DNA from: Laetmonice hystrix
Lineage: Eukaryota
Assembly: GCA_965235115.1 (NCBI GenBank)
Contig: OZ249439.1
Location: 23,684,001 to 23,748,000 of the forward strand
DNA: 64,000 nucleotides
Direction of reading: 5' to 3'
Part shown: positions 20,574 to 33,400 of the stretch, piece after piece
How positions within the stretch are numbered: position 1 is the first letter of the stretch
Layout: every line of letters begins with the position of its first letter
The notes under the pieces: model-generated
The model's database searches: none
The model's input: the letters and a program-made list of their open reading frames with translations, nothing else
What the model was told of the DNA's origin: nothing
Translations under genes and position numbers: made by a program

Positions 20574-21699
20574 GAAAAAAAAAGAGAGAAGTAATTCACA
20601 AACTATCAATCATGCACGCACGCATGTTTCATATGTAGCCTAAATTCCAATGGAACTATGAATAGGCTACACCTATAGTTTCGTATAGGTAAAACATTAT
20701 CATTTCATCCTTATCATCCCGCCTTCAATAGGGGCCTACATTAGATAGGCTATAGGCCTAGGCCTAATGCATATTTTGATATCCTTTTTATGATATTTTT
20801 TATTGACACTGAACTTTGCAGTAACTTATGAAGCTTTTTGAAATATTCGTTATCTTACTGAGACCGTTATTTTATGTGATGCAGTGTTTATATAGAGGCC
20901 TACGTATTTGATCAAGGTGTAGTCGTTAGAGTAGGCCTATAGGCGTATCCTGAATGCATGACCATAGTAGCTATAGGCCTATACGGTGGCCAAACGCTAA
21001 ATCGTCCGCTAACATCCACCCCTAAATTGGTCATATATACATTTATAGGCCTCTGATATATTATAGACCTATGTCTGTGGTGCATTGTACGTATTTCTAA
21101 GTAAAATAAAAACACGAAGTAAGGGAGCGTATTCTTCGTAGCCTCATAGGCCTATCAACTCCCACCTTCACGTTTTGTTTTCTGGACAACCGTACACATA
21201 GCATAACGCGACAGAATTGCATTTACTTTCTCCATAACTCATAACAGATAGCATCAGGAACACCCTTTGTGAATGTGATGTGGTGCACGACCAATCCACG
21301 CTGCCATGCCCATCGGACTGGAGCCTTCTTAGACGCATAAGAAACAATCAAAGATATAGGCCTAGATTAAAACATCTTATGTAGATTTTATTAAAACAAG
21401 TTGGATATGATTGGTAACATATGCTAGTCTTCCAGGACAAATAATTAGGTTAGTTGTAGATTTGACATTCTGTTGGTGAAAAAAAGTTTTACGAGGTCGA
21501 ATTTGTGAACTGGGATAAATTTCACAGATAACCCATATTCTCCGGACCTCTTTCTTTAAGATTGGAAAGGAATGTTTATTATATTGGATATAAGTTACAA
21601 TACCTCCTACATGATGTTTCTTGTCTGCTCTAAACGTGCAACCTTTGCCCACGATAGGCAGCGCCATCTCGTGAGGAACGCAAATTAACGTGGTGGCCT

Positions 21700-22214
21700 T
21701 GGGGATGATTCTCCTTGACCAGTGGTTCTTCAGGGCTCACCTGAGCGAGACGGCAGACAGCGGGGGGTTGTCTGGGAGGTTGGGCCGATCGCCGCCCTTT
21801 GAGAACACCCCGGGTACGGGGTCGGTCAAATTTACCTGGTGGTACATTGTTCCGATCATCCTCTACCACGGCGGGTTCGGCGTGTGGATAGGACTGGCTA
21901 CTAACTACAACCTACACTACCAGATATCAGACATTGAGTGGGTTATCGTAGGGCTGGTGGTGTTCGTGCTAGGTGAGTTGATGGTCGTGGGTCGGACGGT
22001 GTGGGCAGCGAGGCAGGCCAGGCACTCGACCGATCCCGTGTTTGTAGGCAGTGCCATCATGCCCGTCGTCGAGATCGCTGAAGTTATATCCTGCGTTGGC
22101 TACGCATTCCTGACTTTGACTTTACCAGCGTGCATCATGGCCTTCGTCAGGTTTATAGGCCTAATCGCAATCTTAGCCGCAGTGGCAAAGAAAGTTCACA
22201 GAACTGATTTTTGA
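21700..22214 (+). pseudogene. Partial/chimeric copy 4 of the reductase-like gene
   Basis: Same junction; in-frame 6-nt GGCCTA insertion at ~22158; a 2-bp deletion upstream uncouples the repeat-derived start. Confidence 0.85.
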
Positions 22215-23349
22215 GAAAAAAAGAGAGAAGTATTTCACAAACTATCAATCATGCACGCATGTTTCATGTGTAGCCTAAATTCCAATGGAACTATGAATAT
22301 ACCTATAGTTTCGTATAGGTAAAACATTATCATTTCATCCTTATCATCCCGCCTTTAATAGGGGCCTACATTAGATAGGCCTATAGGCCTAGGCCTAATG
22401 CATATTTTGATATCCTTTTTATGATAGATTCTATTTTTATTGACACTGAACTTTGCATATAGGCCTAACTTTGGAAGCTTTTTGAAATATTCGTTATCTT
22501 ACTGAGACCGTTATTTTATGTGATGCAGTGTTTATATAGAGGCCTACGTATTTGATCAAGGTGTAGTCGTTAGAGTAGGCCTATAGGCGTATCCTGAATG
22601 CATGACCATAGTAGGCCTATAGGCCTAGGTATACGGTGGCCAAACGCTACATCGTCCGCTAACATCCACCCCTAAATTGGTATACATTTATAGGCCTCTG
22701 ATATATTATAGACCTATGTCTGTGGTGCATTGTACGTATTTCTCAGTAAAATAAAAAATGAAGTAAGGGAGCTTATTCATTCGTAGCCTCATAGGCCTAT
22801 CAACTCCCACCTTCACGTGTTGTTTTCTGGACAACCGTACACATAGCATAACGCGACAGAAATACATTTACTTTCTCCATATCTCATAACAGATAGCACC
22901 GGGAATACACTTTGTGAATGTGATGGGGTGCACGACCAATCCACGCTGCCATGCCCATCGGACTGGAGCCTTCTTAGACACATGAGAAACAATCAAAGAT
23001 TATATAGATTAAAACGGGCTATAGATTTTATTAAAACAAGTTGGATATGATTGGTAACATGCTAGTCTTCCAGGACAAATAATTAGGTTAGTTGTAGGTT
23101 TGGCATTCTGTTGGTGAAAAAAGTTCTACGAGGTCGAATTTGTGAACTGGGATAAATTTCAAGATAACCCATATTCTCCGGACCCCCGACTTTAATATTG
23201 GAAAGGAATATTTATTATATTGGATATAGGCCTAAGTTACAATACCTCCTACAATGGCTACATGGTGTTTCTTGTCTGCTCTAAACGTGCAACCTTTGCC
23301 CACGATAGGCAGCGCCATCTCGTGAGAAACATGCAAATTAACGTGGTAA

Positions 23350-26300
23350 CCTTGGCCCCGTTTCACGAAGTCGGCGACATCGCCGGCCCATATGAGGGAA
23401 AATGTCGCCCGCCCCATGCTTTAATTAACGTTGCAAGCTGGAGAAAAAAAGTTGGTGAAAAAAAATTCACGAGGTCGAATTATTGTGAACTGGGGAAGTG
23501 TTCAAAACATTGATAACCCATATTCTCCGGACCTCTTGTATTAAAAATGGGAAGGAAAATTTATATATTGGATGTAAGTTACAATACCTCCGACATGGTG
23601 TTTCTTCTGTGCTCTAAACATGCAAACTTCGCCCACTGTCGGCAGTGCCATCTCGTGAGAAACGTGCACATTAACGTGGTTGCCAGTCGACTCCGTCAGG
23701 GGGCTGAGCGTAGTGGGATGAATATCCACTGTCTTAATAATACCACATGCCTACTTAATAGTACATGTATTACCATCGGCTCCTTATTCAAACAAAAACG
23801 ATTTGGGCAAACCCTCCCACCCCAACCACCACCAAGCGGCTGGACGGAGAACCACCTGTTGGTTGATTACGATTGTGATGCGGTGCACGATCAATCCAGT
23901 TGGCCCCTAACCCTGCCCTATGGGACTGGAGCCTTTTGAGGCACATGGGAATCAATCCAAGATTTAGAATAAAAATAATTCTTCCATAAATTTGATTTAG
24001 ACAAGTTGCATATGATTGGGAAATGCTAGTCTTCCAGAACAAATATTTAGGTAAGTTGTGGATTCGACATTCTGTTGTCTAAATTGGTCATATTACACTT
24101 ATACCTCTGATATAATTATAGACCTATGTCCGTGGTGCATTGTACGTATTTCTAAGTAAAATATAAAAAAAAACGAAGTAAGGGAGCGTATTCATTCGTA
24201 GGCATATATCAACTCCCACCTTCACGTTTTGTTTTCTGGACAACCATACACATAGCATAACGCGAGAGAAATTGCATTTACTTTCTCTATCATAATAAAT
24301 AGCATTGGGAACACCCTTCGACCGGAAAACATCAAAATCGGGATAATATGCATGCATAGATATATTTCTAATTATTTCTTGATATCACTAAATCATTGTT
24401 GATGTCCTTAAATATTTAATTATATCAACAAATAATTAGAGATAGAGGTCTATCAGAAAATGACTTGGAGATATCACTAAATGAATTAATGATATCAAAA
24501 ATAGAAGTGGAATTAGGCCTAATGATATCTGCAATTTAAAGCAGTTACTCCAGGTGGCGGACTAGATAAAATAAGCAGAAAAGCAGTGCAACAACACTTT
24601 TGGAACTGTCTTGATGGTGCAGGGATTTTATATTATTTTTGTTAATTGTTACAGGTCATTATGCCCCCTATCGGCTTAACTCTGCATGATTTGCATTCAG
24701 ACTGTGGAGTTCAGGTGTGGAGTTGACCCTGGACAGTAAATCTTTCTTTCTGGCCGAGCTAAATTTGCTCGGCCAGAGTGCTCACCCGGGTCAACATGGG
24801 CTAAGCGCGTTCTCATACAGCTCAGCACCACTGATCCGGGGATTACCTGGGGAAATCCTCAGTGTGAACCTGCCCTAAGGGGAGGTTCTCACTGAGGATT
24901 CCCAAACTGCCATCTAGCGGGACATTATAGGATCCCTGTGACTGTCGACCGATCTCTTATTCGTGTTTAGCGTCTCGAAGCAGGATTAATTTAAAAGCCG
25001 TCTCGAAAGTAGTGTTAATGGGGGAAATGGCTAGACTTCTAGGCCTATCCTATACTGCTAGACCTATAGGCCTATCCGAGACGAGATCTAGGCCATAGAT
25101 AGTCTCGTTCATACCTACAACGTTAGGCCTATATGATTAATTTTTATTAGCATGTTTTTTATAATGCGATGCGGTGTGGATAGAAGTTTAGATACACCTA
25201 AGGCCTAGTCCTACAGTCAATCCAAGACGCAGGCCTACCCTTCTTAGACACATCAATCATGATTGGTATCATGCTAGTCTTCCAGGACATTTGGTTAGTT
25301 TTAGATCTGACATGCTGTTGGTGAAAAAAATAATTTTGCGAGGTCGAATGCTGAACTGGGATATTTTACAGTTTTTTTGTTTTGTTTTTCAGTGATAACC
25401 CAAATTCTCCGGACCTCTTGTAGTTAGAACGGGAAGGAATATTTATATATTGGATGTAAGTTACAATACCTCCGACTTGGTGTTTCTTGTCTGCTCTAAA
25501 CGTGCACTTTGGCCACGATACTCAATGCCATCTCGTGAGAAACATGCAAATTAACATGGTAGCCCTGTGCACTGCACCTGTACTAATAAGCCTAGTATTA
25601 GTGTATTGCCAGTCGACTCCGTCAGGGGGCTGAACGTAGTGGACTGAATATCTACTTTAAAATCTGAGGTTTTCATCATTTTTTAAGTTTTAAGGGCATG
25701 TTTGGTGCCTGATTTTCGGCTTATATGTGGACACCAGAAAATTTTCGACGAACGACCCCAAATTTTGCCCAGAGATGCCTGAAAACACCGAGAACCTAAT
25801 GTGCTAGATCCGGAACTTAGATTTAGTAAGCTATAGCCTAGCTACATGGTCGCTAGATGTCTCCCCCTTCATAGCCTACTCTGCATCCATTTAGGCTTCT
25901 GGAAGCGTGTTGACGCATGCACAGTAATTAAGCTGGAGATTGCACATAAGACACATAGGAAACAATCAAAGATAGGCCTATAGATTAAAACATCTTCTGT
26001 AGATTTTATTAAAACAAGATGCTATGATTGGTAACATGCTAGTCTTCCAGGACAAATAATTAGGTTAGTTGTAGGTTTGATATGTTGGTGGAAAAAAAAC
26101 ATTCATGAGGTCGAATTTCTGAATTGGGATATTGTTCATTGATAACCCATATTCTCCGGACCTCTTACATTACAGACGGAAGGAAAATTTATATATTGGA
26201 TATAAGTTACAATACCTCCGACATGGTGTTTCTTGTCTGCTCTAAACGTGCAACCTTTGGTCACGGTAGGCAGCGCCATCTCGTGAGAAACATGCAAAGT

Positions 26301-28210
26301 AACATGGTAGCCTTGAGTAGTTTAGCTGTGTTGACTGGCCGGCCCGACCACTAAATGTGCGTAGTCATTTAGAGTTAGAGCCTATTTAACTGTCTAGCCT
26401 TTGTTAGTAAATACGTCATCGGAAGTTCAAGAGATTTAGGCAGCCTTATGAACAGAAAATGAAATACATTTTACCAAAGTCATAGGCCTATATCTGCACT
26501 CAATCAGCCACTTTTAATTTTGATACTTGGTCACCTGTAGGCCTATTTCGAGTTTTTTTTTCACCTACCCCGGTAGCTGTTCTATGTTTTTACGTGTACT
26601 GTTTGTCCTACTTTGTACTATTTTTAGTTAATTTGGCCTGCCGATCACCGCTATTATTTAGACGACTAGGCCCTATATTACTGTATTACCAGACGACTCT
26701 GCCAGGGGGCTGCACGTAGTGGAACTGTGAATATCTACTTCCTTAATAATACGACAGGTCTACTTTATATTATTACGGTCGGCTCCTTATTCAAATAAAA
26801 CACGATTTTGGCAAACGCTCCCCCAGCACCTAGCGGCGGGACGGGGAACCACTTGTTGGTTGATTATGACATTAGAGTCTAGTCATCATCGGGGTGGAGC
26901 CGTCTTAGACACACATAGGAAACAACCAAAGATATATAGATTAAAACATCTTCTGTAGATTTTATTAAAACAAGTTGGATATGATTGGTAACATGCTAGT
27001 CTTCCAGGACAAATAATTAGGTTAGTTGTAGGTTTGATATGTTGGTGAAAAAAAAAATTCACGAGGTCGAATTTGTGAAATGGGGGAAGTGATCATAGTT
27101 ATGATAACCCATATTCTCCGGACCTCTTAAATTATATGCGGGAAGCAATTTTTATATATTGGATGTAAGTTACAATACCTCCGACTTGGTGTTTCTTGTC
27201 TGCTCTTAAAGAGGGGGGGTCATAATTATGCCACTTTACTTGTAAGTTGGAATATATTTCACAAAAAACATCTTCTACGGATCCCCCAACATACACACCC
27301 TTACCAACCCCCCTGTGAGTGACGGGAGTGGGTAACATCATCCCCGTGCTGAAAACGCTCTGTTCGGCACCACTGAGTGCTCCACTGTGGTGGGTGACGT
27401 CACAAAATTGTAAACAGAGCCTGGAGCAGCAATAAGATAGGGTCATGGCATCTTCAGATTCAGATAACTCCTTTTCTAATGATGAATCCAGTTATGAGAT
27501 GGAAAATTTCTACGATTCTGGAAGTGGGATAGATGAGGAGGAGGATGTTGGAGCAGAACAAGAGGTTTTGGGGTGGATGTATGAGCCACAGAGATGGGCA
27601 TCTCCGAAGTGGTCAAGTGCTACACACATAGCCTAGAACCACCCCTTCTTGAGCTGTTATAAGTTCATCCACTTTCTCTTCAGGGTTTCCTCTTTTGGTA
27701 TAGAGAAAAGAGACACCCCATCTGGACATGACTGGCTACAATACTTCAGACAACTAGCTTCACCATTTTCTCTTGACAATCTTGTGGGCATGTAAGCCGG
27801 TGTCTTCACTGCGCTATCATAGTTGCTGATAGCGCGTGGCATGGCTTGGGTTGATCTGGGTCATCCCATTACCAGTTTGTGACTCATATAATGATATGCA
27901 GTGTTGATGGACCTAGATCGGGCCGTTTGGGAAAGGGGTGAGGAATGCCACTTAGAGTGTCCCTATAAAATATGTTTTCTTTGTACACCGGCACTTATAT
28001 TCAGGAATTGGGCTCGAAACTATTCTATTTCAATGATATTTAATGGAAACAACTTAAAATTATTATGACCCCCCTCTTTAACGTGCAACCTTTGGCAACG
28101 GTAGGCAGCGCCATCTCGTGAGAAATATGCACATTAACATTGTTCTCTTGCGCACTTCAGCATGCCTCTACTACCAGTCCACTCCGCCAGAGGGCTGAAT
28201 GTAGTGGGAC
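23350..28210. repeat. Older, diverged tandem array of the same non-coding module (~0.7-1 kb spacing)
   Basis: gataacccatattctccggacctc...tatattggat(a/g)taagttacaatacctcc...gtttcttgtctgctctaaac recurs near 23510, 25395, 26140, 27105; ccagtcgactccgtcagggggctg recurs near 23685, 25610, 26690, 28175. Confidence 0.85.
27210..28077. mobile_element. Internally deleted Kolobok-type DNA transposon (868 bp)
   Basis: TIRs AGAGGGGGGGTCATAAT / ATTATGACCCCCCTCT with TTAA on both sides, interrupting a repeat copy (ctgctc|...|cgtgcaacc). Retains two convergent ORF starts: acidic ...VLGWMYEP (27445+, KolX-like) and a THAP-like fragment CSQSCPDGVSLFSIPKEETLKRKW (~27780-27657, minus). Confidence 0.8.
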
Positions 28211-29791
28211 TATGTAGCGTCTACCATCATGCGATGGTAATTCCCACCTCTAGCTTTCCGTACCTATGATGCAATTATCCCCCCTCTAAAAGATATTTAC
28301 ATATTCTTCTATATATCTATGATATCTATATAATTATGAAAGGTTTAGTTATAATATCACACTTACCTGTGACCTAACACAGTGTTGGTTCCCTGCAATC
28401 GAAGGACACAAGTGGGTAGGAAAGCAGATATGGACAATATCATGAGGAGAGCAATTTTTTGCGTGGATCTAAATGGGTGTTGAGGTGGAGGGCAGAACTG
28501 CAGCAGGACTAAAATTAGAACACTGAGTTCCCTCTTTGATGTTGGAGTAAGTAATGGTGTGTTATTTCGCCTGTTCGATCTTGTTTTTATTATATCTAAC
28601 ATATTGTGCCATCAGACCTAGATCGATTCCAGTTCCATAGATCTGTTCACCAAATTTTTTTTATTGTAATATACAAGGCAAACACTATTTGTGGAGATAT
28701 CGGAGGAATAGGGGAGAGCTACATTTCTGAACACCCTGTATACACTCTCAAAACACCACCCAAGTACAATAGGGAATACTACCTAAAGTATACTTGTAAG
28801 AGTAGTCTGGAAGGAATCAAAGGAAATACCTTGAATGAAAAATCCAGTCTGTTTCCTTTACTTCCTTGCAATTTCTTTTAACTAATCGTATTGTCACTGC
28901 ATTGTTATCAAACGAGCACCTTGGTTGGAACAGCTAGAGCGTTGTACGTGTGCATGGAGTAGTGTTTTGAGATTCCAAGTGGTCAGTATTGTCAGTATTG
29001 CGAGGTAGAATCTAAAACAATTGCAGGCCTATATAATGCACTAGTTACGGTCTCCGTTGCAATACACAAGATAGGGGCTTTGGAAGCGTCAAACATAATC
29101 TCACCTGGAGTGGTTCTTCATCTTAATTTTGCTAGCAAGGGGTCACTGCGGGGTCAATGGTGATTATTTGTCAATGTCCTCGTTATCCTCTCCATGCCGT
29201 GAGAGTCGGTGGTAGGTGAATTCACATTGTGAAGGAAACCTTATACTAACACTACTTATCATTTAGAAAATGTGTAATATATTATGTAGGCTATACCTGT
29301 AGGCTATGCATTGTGATGAGTGAAATTTTAGAGACAGACTTTGTTAGTACATGTTACTTAAAACGGATCTATATAACGTCTATGTATAGCCACCCTCCTA
29401 GCCAGTGCCATTTTCTCCGTTGCTGGCGCTGCCATCCCGCCACAGTTCGCACTTGAATATGGCGCGACCACATAAAAAATCGCTGTACTAAGGCCTGAGA
29501 GTGTCGGCCAATCAGAAAGCTTCATAGACACGCATCGATATCTGATTGGTTCCTCAAGACAGGTCGAAGATGACGCTGTTCTGCAAAATCCTGGAGACAA
29601 GTTAGAGGGTTCAGAGCCACTTTAAGTAATCTTTTCCATTAAACATTCCACAGGCAGACAATGACATTATAGGTTACCTAATATAGGCGCTGCCCTTGAA
29701 CCATGCCCGGGGTTCAATGTTCTTCATGCCCCGATTATTTGAGGTCTTTGAAGGGTTTTATGAAGGTTAGGGTTTTAACAAGCCTGTCGTG

Positions 29792-30465
29792 TCATTCTCT
29801 GATCAAAGCATCAGAGATGGCTTGCACTTCAATTATGACGTTGCCGGATGTGTCTGACACATACATCCGGCAACTCGCGTCATTCACTGCATTGGAAAGC
29901 ACCGTGGAATAACGAATCTCTGACAAATTCGGATTTGGGGTGGTAGTTCGTTGGCTCGGTTGTTCCTGATTCTCAGGCTGTAGTTCTTGATCCTGACCCT
30001 CCCGGGTAATAGAAGCAGTATGCCGGTTTACCGCCTCACCATGATTTGGGGTGGAAGAATCACATCGTGAACTACCTTCTGCAGTCGGTTCCACTTGGCC
30101 ACCTGGCGGCTGCTCGGAGCATTGTTCACTGATCCGAGTCTCAGCTGAGATATTCCCTTGTTGTTGTGGAGGTCGTTGCCTCCGCGGACTCGCACTTCCT
30201 ACTGCGTGAACCGTTTGACTTCGGGCGTGCTCGACCCCCTCCAACGCCCTGTTGTTGGTACTATTGACAGCAATCTCCTCCTCAATAAATGTGGGGTTTC
30301 CGTTACCCGAGGTGTGAGCGCCGAATATCTCAGCGTAGGTGGGCGGATCCTTGGAGATCGTTTCGTAACTCGGCGGTAGGAAGGCGTACGGATGACCTGG
30401 GTCGAAAAATGGCGGCACGTCCATGTCGGGAAGGTCCAAGACGGACAATTCATTACCCGTGTTTC
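29792..30465 (-). CDS. Shisa-like 1 exon 4 (cytoplasmic tail with PY motifs)
   Basis: Acceptor ttcccatttcag, phase 1; PPSYETISKDPPTY; ends at stop 29792. Confidence 0.85.
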
Positions 30466-33400
30466 CTGAAATGGGAAATAAAAAGTGTGTGTATTTCTGG
30501 TACATTTCTACGGAAGCGCAGTACTGCTACACCAGAAGAAAAAAAATGACGTACTTGTGTGGCAGCACTGCGCTTCCGTAGGCCTACTTATCAAATTAAT
30601 TTAAATGATCAATCTTAGTTCTTTCTATTATATCAAATGTATGTCCTACAAAAACACTACCACCTTGTGTATTTGTACGCCCCATATTCACTAGACTTTA
30701 CAGACTGCATGTATTATTCGGAGTGTTTGCTTGCAAGTGTCTTGATATTTTCGATAGTCGCTGTCGCTATTGGTTGATTCAGTGAATCAGAAAGTAAAGT
30801 TTCCGATTGACACGCCATCTGGGGTGTTATTGGAGAACCAATAGTGGGCCTATGGGCGGCACCACCATAGTTGTTAAAGGAATCAAACGACTATGACCTC
30901 TATGATCATGAATAAGTAGGTGGGTAAACATTTGTGATTGTCTTCAGTAAGTGTCGGGTCTCACACGTTATACTGACCCAGAAAATAAGCGGTCGGTTTA
31001 TAATCTTGAATACAAATTGAATGATTATTACTAGTGATAAGATTTTATTCTGGGTGATTCGGCTGTACATTGTGTATTGTTAGAGCATCAATGACAGTCT
31101 TGTTTATTGTTTCGTGGATGGATATATTTCTTGATTCGCGAGCAAGGAAGTCCCCCCCCAGCATCTTTGTAAATGTTCTACGTCGATTTTTCGCGCTCAA
31201 CTATGTGTGACTAATTAAACGAAATTAAACAAAGCATGAGAAATAAAAAAAACATGGCAAGCAAACAAACAAATCTGGGCTCTACCATGGCGTCTGCGGC
31301 GGTGTCTCTCGGAGCGCATACCGTTATTGGCGTTGTGTGCGCAACATTGACAGCAACAGGCGGCGCTCACCATGACGAGTATCAGGACTGCTAACATTCC
31401 TACCATCAACTGCCATCTGAAACATAACCCAGTGTCAATCAGCATGATCAGGACTGCCAACATTCCTACCATCAACTGCCATCTGAAACATAACCCAGTG
31501 TCAATCGGTGTGATCAGGACTGCCAACATTCCTACCATCAACTCATTCACTGCCATCTGAAACATAACCCAGTGTCAATGAGCATGATCAGGACTGCCAA
31601 TATTCCTACCATCAACTGGTATCTGAAACATAACCCAGTGTCAATGAGCATGATCAGGACTGCCAACATTCCTACCATCAACTGGTATCTGAAACATAAC
31701 CCAGTGTGATGAGGACTGCCAACATTCCTACCATCAACTACCATCTGAAACATAACCCGGTGTCAATCAGCATGATCAGGACTGCCAACATTCCTACCAT
31801 CAACTGTCATCTGAAACATAACCCAGTGTGATGAGGACCGCCAACATTCCTACCATCAACTGCCATCTGAAACATAACCCAGTGTCAATCAGCATGATCA
31901 GGACTGCCAACATTCCTACCATCAACTACCATCTGAAACATAACCCAGTGTCAATCAGCATGATCAGGACTGCCAACATTCCTACCATCAACTGCCATCT
32001 GAAACATAACCCAGTGTCAATGAGCATGATCAGGACTGCCAACATTCCTACCATCAACTGCCATCTGAAACATAACCCAGTGTCAATCAGCATGATCAGG
32101 ACTGCCAACATTCCTACCATCAACTACCATCTGAAACATAACCCAGTGTCAATGAGCATGATCAGGACTGCCAATATTCCTACCATCAACTGCCATCTGA
32201 AACATAACCCAGTGTCAATGAGCATGATCAGGACTGCCAACATTCCTACCATCAACTGCCATCTGAAACATAACCCAGTGTCAATGAGCATGATCAGGAC
32301 TGCCAACATTCCTACCATCAACTGGTATCTGAAACATAACCCAGTGTCAATGAGCATGATCAGGACTGCCAACATTCCTACCATCAACTGGTATCTGAAA
32401 CATAACCCAGTGTGATGAGGACTGCCAACATTCCTACCATCAACTACCATCTGAAACATAACCCGGTGTCAATCAGCATAATCAGGACTGCCAACATTCC
32501 TACCATCAACTGCCATCTGAAACATAACCCAGTGTGATGAGGACCGCCAACATTCCTACCATCAACTGCCATCTGAAACATAACCCAGTGTCAATCAGCA
32601 TGATCAGGACTGCCAACATTCCTACCATCAACTACCATCTGAAACATAACCCAGTGTCAATCAGCATGATCAGGACTGCCAACATTCCTACCATCAACTG
32701 CCATCTGAAACATAACCCAGTGTCAATGAGCATGATCAGGACTGCCAACATTCCTACCATCAACTACCATCTGAAACATAACCCAGTGTCAATCAGCATG
32801 ATCAGGACTGCCAACATTCCTACCATCAACTACCATCTGAAACATAACCCAGTGTCAATGAGCATGATCAGGACTGCCAATATTCCTACCATCAACTGCC
32901 ATCTGAAACATAACCCAGTGTGATGAGGACCGCCAACATTCCTACTATCAACTGCCATCTGAAACATAACCCAGTGTCAATCAGCATGATCAGGACTGCC
33001 AACATTCCTACCATCAACTACCATCTGAAACATAACCCAGTGTCAATGAGCATGATCAGGACTGCCAACATTCCTACCATCAACTGCCATCTGAAACATA
33101 ACCCAGTGTCAATGAGCATGATCAGGACTGCCAACATTCCTACCATCAACTGCCATCTGAAACATAACCCAGTGTGATGAGGATTGCCAACATTCCTACC
33201 ATCAACTGCCATCTGAAACATAACCCAGTGTCAATGAGCATGATCAGGACTGCCAACATTCCTACCATCAACTGCCATCTGAAACATAACCCAGTGTCAA
33301 TCAGCATGATCAGGACTGCCAACATTCCTACCATCAACTGCCATCTGAAACATAACCCAGTGTCAATGAGCATGATCAGGACTGCCAACATTCCTACCAT

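Larger units (their letters stand above)
16233..23350. repeat. Young tandem segmental array, ~1.6-kb unit (gene 3' part + 3' flank + ~450-bp module)
   Basis: Equivalent stop-codon positions at 16232, 17316, 18964, 20573, 22214; copies differ by scattered SNPs and micro-indels. Confidence 0.93.

Noticed and set aside
24735-24905. Hairpins (tctggccgagc/gctcggccaga; aatcctcagtgtgaacct/aggttctcactgaggatt) as a structured ncRNA
   Set aside because: They look like abutting, decayed MITE termini around a TAA; single copy, no covariation evidence.
27657-27842. Host THAP-domain gene
   Set aside because: Truncated and lies inside TIR/TTAA-bounded transposon sequence.
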